DNA of 64,000 nucleotides from Candidatus Nitrospinota bacterium M3_3B_026 (GCA_051418015.1 JBPRGF010000014.1:32001-96000); one strand, 5' to 3'; counted from the first letter of the stretch, positions 1 to 12,259 are shown. Notes: a model not told the origin generated them from the letters alone. Program-made: numbers and translations.

Positions 1-2
1 CC

Positions 3-449
3 CTCAACGGAGCCCTGGCGGGGCTCGTGGGCATAACCGCCGGCTGCGACGGGGTGAGCGTTCTGGGCGCGGTGATAATCGGCCTGGCCGCCGGTTTTAT
101 CGTCGTCTACTCGGTTATATTATTCGACAAGATCAGGGTGGACGATCCCGTCGGCGCCATATCGGTGCACCTTGTGAACGGGGTGTGGGGCACGCTGGCT
201 GTCGGGCTTTTCAACACGGAGTCCGGCCTGTTCTACGGCGGCGGCGCCTCCCAGCTTTTCAAGCAGGTTGTCGGGATCGTCTCCATCGGCGCCTACGTCG
301 TGGTGGTCAGCGCGATACTGTGGCTTGCCGTGAAGGCGGCCATCGGGCTGCGCGTCTCCTCCGACGAGGAGCACGAGGGGCTGGACCTTGGCGAGCACGG
401 TATGGAGGCCTACCCGGACTTCTCCGTGCGCAACGCCCCGATTTACTGA
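3..449 (+). CDS. amt: Ammonium transporter (Amt family), C-terminal part; 5' end truncated by the window edge
   Basis: Motifs [31 protein letters not shown] and [18 protein letters not shown]. Confidence 0.95.
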   Translation, partial: LNGALAGLVGITAGCDGVSVLGAVIIGLAAGFIVVYSVILFDKIRVDDPVGAISVHLVNGVWGTLAVGLFNTESGLFYGGGASQLFKQVVGIVSIGAYVVVVSAILWLAVKAAIGLRVSSDEEHEGLDLGEHGMEAYPDFSVRNAPIY

Positions 450-487
450 CGGGCTTTATGGATATGTTTTAGGCCGGACCGCGATCA

Positions 488-523
488 GCCCTTCCTCCGG
501 TTTCCCTCAGGCCGGAGGAGGGG
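488..523 (+). other. GC-rich intergenic hairpin between amt and glnA (possible mRNA stability or attenuation element)
   Basis: GCCCTTCCTCCGG ... CCGGAGGAGGGC inverted repeat. Confidence 0.45.
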
Positions 524-578
524 CGGCGCGGCTCCGGATTGTTTTTTTCACCAATCCTTTTGAGGGGAGGATGACTAG

Positions 579-1991
579 ATGACGCCAAAAGAGGTAATCA
601 AGTTCGCGCAAGAGAACAACTGCGAGATGTTCGACATCAAGTTCCTGGATCTGCCGGGGATCTGGCAGCATTTCTCTTTCCCCATGTCAGAGCTGAAGGA
701 GGAAATTTTCGAGGAGGGCCTCGGCTTCGACGGCTCCTCCATCCGGGGATGGCAGGCGATCCACGCCTCCGACATGATCGTGATCCCGGACGCGAAGACG
801 GCCATCATGGACCCTTTCACGAAGTACCCGACCCTGTCCCTGATCGCCAATATCTATGAACCCATCACCATGGAGCCGTACACCCGCGATCCCAGGAACA
901 TCGCCAAGAAGGCAGAGGCGCACCTGAAGGCCACGGGGATCGGCGACACGGTATACTTCGGTCCCGAGGCGGAGTTTTTCGTCTTTGACGATATCCGCTA
1001 TGATTCCGGCCATTCCGGGGCTTTCTACCACGTGGACTCCGTGGAGGCGCAGTGGAACACCGGCAGGGAGGAAAACCCGAACCTCGGCTACAAACCGCGC
1101 TACAAGGAGGGCTATTTCCCCGTGCCGCCGACGGACAGCATGATGGACATCCGCTCCGAGATGGTCCTGGTCATGCAGGACTGCGGCATCGAGATCGAGG
1201 CCCAGCACCACGAGGTGGCCACCGGAGGGCAGGGCGAGATCGACATGCGCTTCTCGCCGATCCTGGAGATGGCGGACAAGCTGATGATGTTCAAGTACAT
1301 CATCCGCAACGTGGCGAAGAGAAACGGCAAGACCGTCACCTTCATGCCCAAGCCCATCTGGGCCGACAACGGGTCCGGGATGCACACGCACCAGTCGATC
1401 TGGAAGGGCGGCAAGCCCCTCTTCGCGGGCGACGGCTACGGGGGCCTTTCGGAGATGGCGCTGAACTACATCGGCGGAATACTGAAACACTCCAAGGCCC
1501 TGGCCGCCCTCGTCGCGCCGACGACCAATTCCTACAAAAGGCTGGTCCCCGGCTTCGAGGCTCCGGTGAACCTGGCCTACTCGTCAAGGAACAGGTCGGC
1601 GGCCATCCGCATCCCGATGTACTCCGCGAGCCCCAAGGCCAAACGGATCGAGATCCGCTACCCGGACCCGAGCTGCAACGCCTACATGGCCTTCTCCGCC
1701 ATGCTGATGGCGGGGCTGGACGGCATCCAGAACAAGATCGACCAGGGCGAGCCGCTGGACAAGAACATCTACGGCCTCACGCCCGAGGAGCTTGCGGAGA
1801 TACCGGCGCTGCCGTCGTCGCTGGAGGAGGCCCTCGACGAGCTGGAGAAAGACCACGACTTCCTGCTCAAAGGGGATGTCTTCACCCAGGACGTCATCGA
1901 CACCTGGATCGGCTACAAAAGGGAGAACGAGGTCATGGAGCTCAAGATGCGCCCGCATCCCTACGAGTTCACGATGTATTACGACATCTAG
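579..1991 (+). CDS. glnA: Glutamine synthetase type I
   Basis: FDGSSI, GPEAEFF, HHEVA, MPKP, NGSGMH and RIEIR motifs; adenylylation-site Tyr in KNIYGL; GGAGG RBS. Confidence 0.98.
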   Translation: MTPKEVIKFAQENNCEMFDIKFLDLPGIWQHFSFPMSELKEEIFEEGLGFDGSSIRGWQAIHASDMIVIPDAKTAIMDPFTKYPTLSLIANIYEPITMEPYTRDPRNIAKKAEAHLKATGIGDTVYFGPEAEFFVFDDIRYDSGHSGAFYHVDSVEAQWNTGREENPNLGYKPRYKEGYFPVPPTDSMMDIRSEMVLVMQDCGIEIEAQHHEVATGGQGEIDMRFSPILEMADKLMMFKYIIRNVAKRNGKTVTFMPKPIWADNGSGMHTHQSIWKGGKPLFAGDGYGGLSEMALNYIGGILKHSKALAALVAPTTNSYKRLVPGFEAPVNLAYSSRNRSAAIRIPMYSASPKAKRIEIRYPDPSCNAYMAFSAMLMAGLDGIQNKIDQGEPLDKNIYGLTPEELAEIPALPSSLEEALDELEKDHDFLLKGDVFTQDVIDTWIGYKRENEVMELKMRPHPYEFTMYYDI

Positions 1992-2020
1992 ACCACCGGC
2001 TCCCGGCAAGGGACGAAACG

Positions 2021-2064
2021 CCCGCCGGCCGACTCCTTTTGGGGCAGGCCGGCGGGTTTTTTTT
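2021..2064 (+). terminator. Rho-independent terminator of glnA
   Basis: CCCGCCGGCC/GGCCGGCGGG stem followed by T8. Confidence 0.9.
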
Positions 2065-2147
2065 GCTCCGGGGACGCCCCGGACAGGCCTTTGGCGCCAG
2101 GGCGCGGCCGCCAGAGTGGCCAGTTATATGTCAACTCGGCAAATTAT

Positions 2148-2194
2148 TGAACATTTCGTTCATATTGATATGTGGATGGTGTTCCGCTGGAACA
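2148..2194. promoter_or_regulatory. Candidate upstream activator (bEBP) sites
   Basis: Palindromes TGAAC-N5-GTTCA (2148-2162) and TGTTCC-N3-GGAACA (2180-2194), roughly 100-140 bp upstream of the predicted sigma-54 start site. Confidence 0.45.
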
Positions 2195-2260
2195 GCGCAA
2201 AGGCGACTTTAGTCAATGCCGTCCGGGAGTAATCTCTTGAAATTCATGCGTATTTTTAAA

Positions 2261-2276
2261 TGGCACAGCTATTGCT
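2261..2276 (+). promoter_or_regulatory. Sigma-54 (-24/-12) promoter
   Basis: TGGCACAGCTATTGCT matches TGGCAC-N5-TTGC(T) exactly and lies in an AT-rich segment. Confidence 0.85.
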
Positions 2277-2286
2277 TGTATTTAAG

Positions 2287-2538
2287 AGACAAGATGTGGC
2301 GCAGTGTCACATCAATTAGGCGCCATGCTGGCGCCGGGTTGTTCAGGAGAGTGTCGGCCAGTCCGGGCGGGTTCCCGGGGTGGAGGCATCCTTCGAGCGC
2401 CCCGCCGGTTTCGCGCCGTCCGCCGTTTTTGGCGGGCTGATCAAAATTGGCGCTGCGGCCCGCGCGTCGATCTGACAACGCGTGGGTATATTGGGGCGTC
2501 CCGGATTCCCCCCACTGTTTGCGGGACGCCCCTTTTTT
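2287..2538 (+). ncRNA. Putative sigma-54-dependent structured small RNA of unknown family
   Basis: Lies between a sigma-54 promoter and an intrinsic terminator; several stems with G-U pairs on the + strand; no convincing ORF. Confidence 0.55.
2493..2538 (+). terminator. Intrinsic terminator oriented on + (may also stop convergent ligA transcription)
   Basis: GGGGCGTCCCG/CGGGACGCCCC stem followed by T6. Confidence 0.8.
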
Positions 2539-2556
2539 ATGCCGCGGCGTTGTTTT

Positions 2557-4861
<2,305 letters not shown>

Positions 4862-4933
4862 GCCTTCTCTACAAAGCCTTTTCACGGAGAAAAAGCGGCG
4901 GTTTCAACGCCTTCCGCCGCCTTCAGCTGTCGC

Positions 4934-4942
4934 ATTATAGCA
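4934..4942 (-). promoter_or_regulatory. Extended -10 promoter for the small ORF and ligA
   Basis: TGCTATAAT on the minus strand. Confidence 0.55.
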
Positions 4943-4955
4943 TGGATAAACAATG

Positions 4956-5660
4956 TCAACCAAACGTCCCGGCGCGGCCGGCGCCGAGCATGGAGCGCAG
5001 GATCACGAGGCCGTCCTCCCCGCCGAGGACGCTCTCGCAGGCGCGCTCGGGGTGAGGCATCATCCCCGCCACGTTCCGCCCCTCGGAGAGCACCCCGGCG
5101 ATGTTTTGCGCCGACCCGTTCGGGTTCGCCCGCTCCGTCATGCTCCCGCCGGGGCCGCAGTACCGGAACAGGATCCTGTCTTCGCGCTCCAGGCGGTCCA
5201 GTGTATCGTCGTCGGCGACGTAGCGGCCCTCCATGTGGGCTATCGGGATCCGCAGAACGCTCCCCTTCTGCGCCTCGCTCGTGACGAACGAGTTTTCAGT
5301 CTCCACTTTAATATGAACGTCCGCGCAAATGAATTTCATGGAGGCGTTCTGGACGAGGGCGCCGGGCAGCAGCCCCGCCTCGGTGAGTATCTGGAACCCG
5401 TTGCATATCCCCAGGACCGGCCCGCCGGCCTTCGCGAAATCCGCCACCGCCTCCATCACCGGCGAGAACCGCGCTATGGCCCCGGCCCGCAGGTAGTCGC
5501 CGTAGGAGAAGCCGCCGGGGATTATCACCGCGTCGAACCCGGAAAGGGACGTCCGCCGGTGCCAGACGAACTCCGCCTCCCGCCCCAGGACGTGTTTGAC
5601 GGCGTGGTAGCAGTCATGATCGCAGTTGGAGCCGGGAAAAACCAGGACAGCGAACCGCAT
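4956..5660 (-). CDS. purQ: FGAM synthetase glutaminase subunit
   Basis: [34 protein letters not shown] and MMPHPER motifs; start trimmed from the ORF track. Confidence 0.96.
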   Translation of the reverse strand: MRFAVLVFPGSNCDHDCYHAVKHVLGREAEFVWHRRTSLSGFDAVIIPGGFSYGDYLRAGAIARFSPVMEAVADFAKAGGPVLGICNGFQILTEAGLLPGALVQNASMKFICADVHIKVETENSFVTSEAQKGSVLRIPIAHMEGRYVADDDTLDRLEREDRILFRYCGPGGSMTERANPNGSAQNIAGVLSEGRNVAGMMPHPERACESVLGGEDGLVILRSMLGAGRAGTFG

Positions 5661-5665
5661 TCCCG

Positions 5666-6130
5666 TTACTTGAACACGTCCGCGAAGCGGCCCGAGGTGT
5701 GCCTCAACCGGGTGGACAGCGACCTTGCGATGTTGCGCAGTATCTTTATCCCCACCTGCGGGCTGTCGTTTAAAAGTCTCTCGAAATTGCCGGTGGTGAG
5801 GATCAGGAGCTCCGCGTCCTTTATCACCGTCGCCGTGGCGGAGCGGGGCGTGTTCTCCACGAGGCTCATCTCCCCCACCGACGCCCCCCTGTTGAACCGG
5901 GCCAGCACCGTCTGCCGCCCGTCGAGGGACTCTTTCCTGATCTCTATCACGCCGTCTACTATGTAGAACAGCGAGTCGCCGGCCGACCCCTCTTTGCAAA
6001 GGACAGTCCCCTCGGGCGCCGTCTGGCGGTAAACGTGCCTTGTCAGTATGTCCAGCTCCTCGGAGGAGAGCTGGTCGAACTGCGGCACCTCGCACATCAG
6101 CGCCTTGATATATTCCTCGTTCTCGCCCAT
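5666..6130 (-). CDS. Standalone cyclic-nucleotide-binding domain protein (no HTH)
   Basis: [14 protein letters not shown] and [15 protein letters not shown] phosphate-binding cassette; 154 aa. Confidence 0.9.
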   Translation of the reverse strand: MGENEEYIKALMCEVPQFDQLSSEELDILTRHVYRQTAPEGTVLCKEGSAGDSLFYIVDGVIEIRKESLDGRQTVLARFNRGASVGEMSLVENTPRSATATVIKDAELLILTTGNFERLLNDSPQVGIKILRNIARSLSTRLRHTSGRFADVFK

Positions 6131-6134
6131 TCGC

Positions 6135-6380
6135 TTATTCCCCGATAAGCTCTATCCGGTAATTCTCCGTGACGGGGTTGGCGAGGAGTTTTTCGCACAT
6201 CCTCTTGATCGCCTTCTTCGCCTTCTCCGCGTCGTCCTCGTCTATCTCGATCTCGACGAGCTTGCCTATCCGGACGTCTTTCACCCCCTGCCCGTTTATG
6301 GCCGTGAGCGCCTCTTTCACGGCCTTGCCCTGTGGGTCGAGTATTCCTTTTTTGAGGGTGATCCTCACGCTCGCTTTCAT
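6135..6380 (-). CDS. purS: FGAM synthetase subunit PurS
   Basis: ILDPQG, VRIGK and CEKLLANPVTENY motifs. Confidence 0.95.
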   Translation of the reverse strand: MKASVRITLKKGILDPQGKAVKEALTAINGQGVKDVRIGKLVEIEIDEDDAEKAKKAIKRMCEKLLANPVTENYRIELIGE

Positions 6381-6391
6381 GGGCGGGCTCT

Positions 6392-7123
6392 TCAGGAGAC
6401 GCCCAGGACGCGGCGGCTCATCTCCTCGTAGACCTCCTCCAGCCTGCCGAGGTCGCGCCGGAACCTGTCCTTGTCCATCTTTTCGCCGGTCTCCTTGTCC
6501 CACAGCCTGCATCCGTCCGGGCTGATCTCGTCGGCGAGAAGTATCCCCTCCGCGCTTCGGCCGAACTCCAGCTTGTAGTCCACTAGCGTGACGCCGGTCT
6601 TGTCGAAGAAGGGGACAAGCAGCTCGTTCACCCTGAAAGCCAGCCGTTCGATAAGGTCCATCTCCTCGTCCGTGGCCATGCCGAAGGCGCGGATGTGATA
6701 GCGGTTTATCATCGGGTCGCCCAGCTCGTCGCTCTTGTAGTAGTACTCCAGCAGCGTCTCGGACAGCGGCTCGCCCTCGGGTATCCCCATCCTCTTCGAA
6801 AGCGAGCCCGCCACGGCGTTTCTCATTACGATCTCCACGGGGATGATCTCCACCCTTTTGACCAGCATCTCCCTGTCGGAGAGTTTCTCGACGAAGTGGG
6901 TGGGGACGCCGGCCTTCCCAAGCAGCGAGAAGATGTGCGACGAGATGGCGTTGTTGACCACCCCTTTGTTGGTTATCGAGCCTTTTTTCTTGCCGTCGAA
7001 GGCGGAGGCGTCGTCCTTGAAATACTGGATGAGCCTCTCGGGGTCGGACGTGGCGTAGAGGATCTTCGCCTTGCCCTCGTGGATCGCCTCGCCTCTTGTT
7101 ATCGCGCCCGCCTGTCCCGTCAT
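6392..7123 (-). CDS. purC: SAICAR synthetase
   Basis: EGKAK, FKDDASAFDG, DYKLEFG, LADEISPD and DKDRFR motifs. Confidence 0.97.
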   Translation of the reverse strand: MTGQAGAITRGEAIHEGKAKILYATSDPERLIQYFKDDASAFDGKKKGSITNKGVVNNAISSHIFSLLGKAGVPTHFVEKLSDREMLVKRVEIIPVEIVMRNAVAGSLSKRMGIPEGEPLSETLLEYYYKSDELGDPMINRYHIRAFGMATDEEMDLIERLAFRVNELLVPFFDKTGVTLVDYKLEFGRSAEGILLADEISPDGCRLWDKETGEKMDKDRFRRDLGRLEEVYEEMSRRVLGVS

Positions 7124-8425
7124 CTACTCTCCTTCCCCGAACACGCGCCTGAAAACACGGTCAACATGCCTCAGATAATATGTTATGTCGAAGCATTCTT
7201 CAACCTGTTCCTTGCTCAGAGCGCCCCGGGCCTTGGGCTCGGCGAGCAGCAGGTCCATGAAGTCCTCCTTTTCCCTCCAGCACCGCATCGCCGCCCGCTG
7301 GACGACGCGGTAGGCGTCCTCGCGGGACATCCCCGCCCGCGCGAGCGCGAGCAGGACGCGCTGGGAGAAGATCAGCCCGCGGGTCAGCTCCAGGTTGTGG
7401 ATCATGTTCTCCGGGTAGACGGTCATCCCGCCGATCAAACGCTCCAGCCTGTAGAGCATGGTATTCACCAGGATCGTGGAGTCGGGGATTATCACCCGCT
7501 CCACCGAGGAGTGGGAGATGTCCCGCTCGTGCCACAGGGCCACGTTGTCCAGCGCGGCGAAGAGGTTCGCCTTCACCACCCGGGCCAGCCCCGTGAGGTT
7601 CTCGGCGGTTATGGGGTTTCTCTTGTGGGGCATGGCCGAGGAGCCTTTCTGCCCCTCGGAGAATTTCTCCTCCGCCTCCAGCACCTCCGTCCTCTGCAGG
7701 TGGCGAAGCTCCACGGCGACCTTCTCCACCGACGCCGCCGTTATCGCCAGCGCGCTCATGTACTCGGCATGCCGGTCGCGCTGGATCACCTGGGTGGATA
7801 TGGGCGCGGGCGCAAGCCCCAGTTTCTCCAGGACGTACTCCTCTATGTCCGGGTCGAGGTTGGCGTATGTCCCCACCGCTCCCGAAAGCTTGCCGACGGC
7901 GATGGCCTCCCGCGCCCTCGTGAGCCTCTCCCTGTTCCGCCGCATCTCCGCGTAGAAGAGCGCCAGCTTCAGGCCAAAGGTCGTCGGCTCGGCGTGGACG
8001 CCGTGGGAGCGGCCGACGCAGACGGTCTCCTTGCTCTCGTAGGCCCTTCTCTTCAGCGTCCCCAGCAGGGCGTCCATCTTCTCCAGGATGATGTCGAGAG
8101 CCTCCACCATCAGCATGGACAGCCCCGTGTCCACGATGTCCGACGACGTCAGACCCATGTGGATGTAGCGCGACTCCGGCCCCACGTTCTCGGCCACGGA
8201 GGTCAGGAAGGCTATCACGTCGTGCTTGACCTCCGCCTCGATACGCTCGATCCGGGCCGCGTCGAACCCGGCCTTCCACCGTATGACCCGAAGCGCCTCC
8301 TCGGGGATCAGCCCTTTCCTGGCCCACGCCTCGCAGGCCAGGACCTCTATTTTCAGCCACGTGGCGTACTTGTTCTCCAGTGTCCAGACCTTCTCCATCT
8401 CGGGCCGGGTATACCTGGGTATCAC
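7124..8425 (-). CDS. purB: Adenylosuccinate lyase
   Basis: MIPRYT start, HDVIAF, GRSHGVHAEP and GSSAMPHKRNP signature. Confidence 0.97.
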   Translation of the reverse strand: MIPRYTRPEMEKVWTLENKYATWLKIEVLACEAWARKGLIPEEALRVIRWKAGFDAARIERIEAEVKHDVIAFLTSVAENVGPESRYIHMGLTSSDIVDTGLSMLMVEALDIILEKMDALLGTLKRRAYESKETVCVGRSHGVHAEPTTFGLKLALFYAEMRRNRERLTRAREAIAVGKLSGAVGTYANLDPDIEEYVLEKLGLAPAPISTQVIQRDRHAEYMSALAITAASVEKVAVELRHLQRTEVLEAEEKFSEGQKGSSAMPHKRNPITAENLTGLARVVKANLFAALDNVALWHERDISHSSVERVIIPDSTILVNTMLYRLERLIGGMTVYPENMIHNLELTRGLIFSQRVLLALARAGMSREDAYRVVQRAAMRCWREKEDFMDLLLAEPKARGALSKEQVEECFDITYYLRHVDRVFRRVFGEGE

Positions 8426-8443
8426 TTTTTCCCTCCTGAGCGT

Positions 8444-9214
8444 CTACTCGATGTTCACCACCGCGCCCGGCCTGTCCTGTCGCGCTATGTCGAAGGGTGT
8501 CTTCGGACCCGAGAGCGCCTGCTCGGCCACCAGGCGGACGATGTCGCGGTTGTTGTTTGTCTGTGACAGGTGCGCGAAGGTCACCCCCTGCAAACGCGGC
8601 CCCAGCGCCTTGCCGAGCAGGCCGGCGCATGCCTCGTTGGAAAGATGCCCCAGCCGGGAGGCTATCCTCTGTTTCACGACCCATGGGTATGGCCCGGCCA
8701 TGAGCATGTCGGGGTCGTGGTTCGACTCTATGACAAGGTAGTCCGCGTCCCGCATCTTCTCCTCCATCAGCATAGTCGGCGTTCCCGCGTCGGTCAGAAC
8801 CGCCGCCCGCCGCGTCCCGTCGCTTATCGTAAAGGCGCAGGGGTCCGCGGCGTCGTGGGGGATGGAAAAAGGCGAAAGCTCGAACCCCGCCGCCTCGAAG
8901 GCTTTTCCGGTTTCGAAAAAAAATGCTCCCGGGACGCGCCCTATGACGTTTTTTATCATGGTGTGGGTTTTCTCATTGACGAAGACCGGCGCGTCAAGCT
9001 TCCGGCAGACAACCCCCACGCCCCTCACGTGGTCGCCGTGCTCGTGGGAGACCACGACGGCGCGGATGGACTCAGGGTCGAGCCCGGCCTCCCTCAGCCG
9101 CGAGAGCGTTTCCCTGCCGGAGAAACCGGCGTCGATCAGCATGGCCGACCGGCCATTGCCGATGTACACGCAATTGCCGGACGACCCGGAGCCGAGTACG
9201 CAGACCCGCATCAC
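8444..9214 (-). CDS. MBL-fold metallo-hydrolase (YycJ/WalJ-like)
   Basis: LGSGSSGN, SHEHGDH, IESNHD, GHLSN and AHLS motifs. Confidence 0.9.
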   Translation of the reverse strand: MMRVCVLGSGSSGNCVYIGNGRSAMLIDAGFSGRETLSRLREAGLDPESIRAVVVSHEHGDHVRGVGVVCRKLDAPVFVNEKTHTMIKNVIGRVPGAFFFETGKAFEAAGFELSPFSIPHDAADPCAFTISDGTRRAAVLTDAGTPTMLMEEKMRDADYLVIESNHDPDMLMAGPYPWVVKQRIASRLGHLSNEACAGLLGKALGPRLQGVTFAHLSQTNNNRDIVRLVAEQALSGPKTPFDIARQDRPGAVVNIE

Positions 9215-10173
9215 CGCCCACCCCCTCCTTCCGTGACGAGAAGATGGTACAAGAGCGGGATCATGATCTCGTGATGGCCGGTAAGGGATATCCCCCGCCC
9301 GGCCCCCTGGATGGGGCGGTTGACCACGTTCACGTTCGGCCTGTAGCTTTGTATCATGTCCAGGTTCGCCGCGGTGAACCCGGTCACGTCCGCGCCGAGG
9401 TTGCGCGCCGCCGACAGGGCTTTTATGAAAACCTCCGGCAGAAGGACGCTGGAGCCGATGTTCAGGTATACCCCGCCGCCGCCAAGCTTTGCGACAACGC
9501 CCGTGAAGAGCCGGAAATCGTCCATCGTGGCCCGCCCCGTAACCTCGCCGTCCATGCTCGGATGTATGTGGACGATGTCCGTCCCTATGGCCACGTGGGC
9601 GGTGGCGGGTTTCTTAAGCCTGTAAGCGGCGGCAAGGATGGAGACCCCGGCGTTCGGCATGTTTTCATCGATGATATATCGGCCAAGCGCCGCGCCCATC
9701 CCGGCGCCGTCCCCGGCGTGTTTTTTGAGAGCGCCGTTTATGTTGGCCGCCGTCTCCTCCACCATGCCGAACCTGCCCTCCCTGATCTCCGAGGCCACGT
9801 CCTCGCTGGTGGCGCCGTGGAAGGCAAGCTCCATGTCGTGGACAGCCCCGGCGCCGTTCAGCGCGACGGCGTCTATTATCCCGCGCTCCATCATGTCTAT
9901 TATCAAAGGCGACAGGCCGACCTTTATCACGTGCGCCCCCATGGCCGCCACAACGGGTTTTTCGGCCTTGTTCGCCGCGCGGATCGACCCGGCCAGCTCC
10001 AACAGGTCGGCGGCCTTCAAGGTCGGCGGGAAGAGGTCCGAAAGTCTTTTCGACGCGCGGTGTTTTTCCATATCGGCCAGGTCCCCGAGCGTCACGAGGC
10101 TTTTGCGCTCCCTGATGGAGTAGGTGGATATCCGGGAGAAATCCGCCGGTTCGAACTTTCCTGGCGTGGTCAT
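9211..10173 (-). CDS. Conserved hypothetical protein, deoxyhypusine-synthase-like fold
   Basis: MGAHVIKVG, NGAGAVHD, IGTDIVH, GSSVLLPEVF and GHHEIM motifs; overlaps the next gene. Confidence 0.7.
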   Translation of the reverse strand: MTTPGKFEPADFSRISTYSIRERKSLVTLGDLADMEKHRASKRLSDLFPPTLKAADLLELAGSIRAANKAEKPVVAAMGAHVIKVGLSPLIIDMMERGIIDAVALNGAGAVHDMELAFHGATSEDVASEIREGRFGMVEETAANINGALKKHAGDGAGMGAALGRYIIDENMPNAGVSILAAAYRLKKPATAHVAIGTDIVHIHPSMDGEVTGRATMDDFRLFTGVVAKLGGGGVYLNIGSSVLLPEVFIKALSAARNLGADVTGFTAANLDMIQSYRPNVNVVNRPIQGAGRGISLTGHHEIMIPLLYHLLVTEGGGGR

Positions 10174-10213
10174 CCCCGGGCCGCTCCCGAAGCCGCCCGG
10201 CTTTCCATGGGCT

Positions 10214-11683
10214 TCATTTTTCGGCGTACTTTTTCAGAATCTTCTCGATGATCCCGGTGGTGGATTTGCCCGGCTCCACCGGGATGATCTCCACCCTGCC
10301 TCCCGCCTTCTCCACGACCCGGCGGCCGACGACGGCGTTCGGCGTGTAGTCTCCGCCCTTCACGAGGATATCCGGCCTCACCGCCTCGATCAACCGCGAC
10401 GGCGTGTCCTCGCCGAAAAGCGCCACCGCGTCGACGCAATGGAGCGCCGACAGGATGTCCACCCTGTCCTCCTCGCCCAGCACCGGCCTGTGGGCGCCTT
10501 TCAGCCTGCGGATCGACTCGTCGGTGTTCAGCCCCACGATCAGCGCGCCGCCGAGGCTCCTTGCGCTCTGCAAAAGCTTTATGTGCCCCGCGTGGAGAAG
10601 GTCGAAACAACCGTTGGTGAAGACCACCTTTCGCCCCTGGGCGCGAAGTTTCCTGGCGAAGGCGGCCGCCTGGGCCAGCGTCATGGCCTTGCCCTTCCCG
10701 CCGCCGCCGTCGGACCGCAGGGTCTCCAGCACCTCCTCGCGCGTCACGGCCCAGGCGCCCACGTGCCCCACTTCCACCCCGGCGGCGACGTTGGCGACTC
10801 TGGCGGCGTCCTCCAGGCCGTGGCCGGAGAAGAGCATGACCCCGATGGCGGCTATCACCGTGTCCCCCGCCCCGGTGACGTCGAAGACCTCCCGGGCCTC
10901 CGCGGGCAGGCTCGTCCTTTCGCCGTCCGGCCTGAACACCGTCATCCCCTCCGCGCCGCGGGTTATGAACAGGCTTTTCGCCCCGGTGACGTCAAAAAGA
11001 CGCCTGGCGGCCTTGTCGTAATCGGCCTCCGTGACTATCTTCATCCTCGCCGCCGCCGCGGCTTCGCTCTTGTTGGGGGTTATGATGGTGGCGCCTTTGT
11101 ACCTTTCGTAGCCGTCCCCCTTGGGGTCCACCAGCGCCGGTTTTTTGGCTTTGCGGGCCAGGGCGAAGATCTTTTTCAGCAACCGGGGCGGCAGCGCCCC
11201 CTTGCCGTAGTCGGAGATTATGATCCCGTCCACCCTGGGCAGGGCTTTTTCGACACGGGCGAGCATCGCCTCCGCCACGGCGGCGCTTACGTCCCGCCGA
11301 TCCTCCCTGTCCACCCGCAGCATCTGCTGGCGAAGGGAGATGAACCTCGTTTTCACCGTGGTGGGGCGCGACGGATCCTTCACGAGGCCCGAGGCCGGTA
11401 TCCCCCACTTCTTAAGCCGCGCGCGGATCCTCCCGGCCTCGTCGTCGGCCCCGACGACGCCGATGAGGGTGGCCTTCCCGCCGAGGGCCGCCACGTTCGC
11501 CGCCACGTTCGCCGCGCCGCCGAGGACCTCCCGCTCGCCGGTGATGTCCATCACCTGGGAGGGCGCCTCGGGGGATATCCTCACGACGCCGCCGTCGACG
11601 TACCTGTCCAGCATCACGTCCCCCACCACCAGCGCCCTGGGAGGGCGCATGGCGAGGATCATGTCGAGCAGCCTGCGCTTCAT
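10214..11683 (-). CDS. hldE: Bifunctional heptose 7-phosphate kinase / heptose 1-phosphate adenylyltransferase
   Basis: GDVMLDRY, RISPEAP, GGAANVA, DVTGAGDT, FTNGCFDLLHAGH and VKGGDY motifs. Confidence 0.95.
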   Translation of the reverse strand: MKRRLLDMILAMRPPRALVVGDVMLDRYVDGGVVRISPEAPSQVMDITGEREVLGGAANVAANVAALGGKATLIGVVGADDEAGRIRARLKKWGIPASGLVKDPSRPTTVKTRFISLRQQMLRVDREDRRDVSAAVAEAMLARVEKALPRVDGIIISDYGKGALPPRLLKKIFALARKAKKPALVDPKGDGYERYKGATIITPNKSEAAAAARMKIVTEADYDKAARRLFDVTGAKSLFITRGAEGMTVFRPDGERTSLPAEAREVFDVTGAGDTVIAAIGVMLFSGHGLEDAARVANVAAGVEVGHVGAWAVTREEVLETLRSDGGGGKGKAMTLAQAAAFARKLRAQGRKVVFTNGCFDLLHAGHIKLLQSARSLGGALIVGLNTDESIRRLKGAHRPVLGEEDRVDILSALHCVDAVALFGEDTPSRLIEAVRPDILVKGGDYTPNAVVGRRVVEKAGGRVEIIPVEPGKSTTGIIEKILKKYAEK

Positions 11684-12258
11684 CGGCCTTCTCCGGCGGC
11701 TGCCTCCACCGCCTCGCACACAAGATGCGCGATAGTGATGTGGGCCTCCTGTATCCTGGGCGTTTCGCTCGAGGGAACGATCAGGGCGATGTCGGCGTGG
11801 TCTTTCATCTCTCCCCCGGCGCCGCCGAGCAGGCAGACGCGCTTTAAACCGAGCTTTCCTGCCGTGGCCAGCGCGTCAACGAGGTTCGCCGACTGCCCGG
11901 AGGTGGATATCGCAAGGAAGACATCGCCCGCCATCCCAAGCGCCTCGAGCTGGCGGGAGAAGACTTTCTCGAACCCGTAGTCGTTGGAGATGGCGGTGAT
12001 GGCCGAGGTGTCGGTGGTGAGGGCGATGGCGGCGAGGGGGGGCCTGTCCTTCAGGTACCGCCCCACAAGCTCCGAGGCCATGTGCTGCGCGTCGGCGGCG
12101 GAGCCTCCGTTCCCGGCGAGGATCAGCTTGCCGCCCTCTTTGAGAGTCTCCACGATCATGCGGGCGATGGCGGCGATCGTCTCCGCGTCCCCGCGTCCGA
12201 TCATGGCGAGCTTGAGATCGGCGGAGGCTTTCAGCCCCCTGGTTATGTCGTCCTCCAT
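11680..12258 (-). CDS. gmhA: Phosphoheptose isomerase
   Basis: GNGGSAADAQH, NDYG, ISTSG and RIQEAH motifs. Confidence 0.95.
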   Translation of the reverse strand: MEDDITRGLKASADLKLAMIGRGDAETIAAIARMIVETLKEGGKLILAGNGGSAADAQHMASELVGRYLKDRPPLAAIALTTDTSAITAISNDYGFEKVFSRQLEALGMAGDVFLAISTSGQSANLVDALATAGKLGLKRVCLLGGAGGEMKDHADIALIVPSSETPRIQEAHITIAHLVCEAVEAAAGEGR

Positions 12259-12259
12259 G

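Noticed and set aside
2294..2440. 48-aa ORF MWRSVTS... inside the sigma-54 transcript
   Set aside because: No clear RBS, the start lies within a hairpin and the composition looks like GC-rich non-coding sequence; not fully excluded
4934..4959. Perfect TTGACA/TATAAT pair on the minus strand
   Set aside because: The spacer is only 14 bp, so only the extended -10 element was accepted
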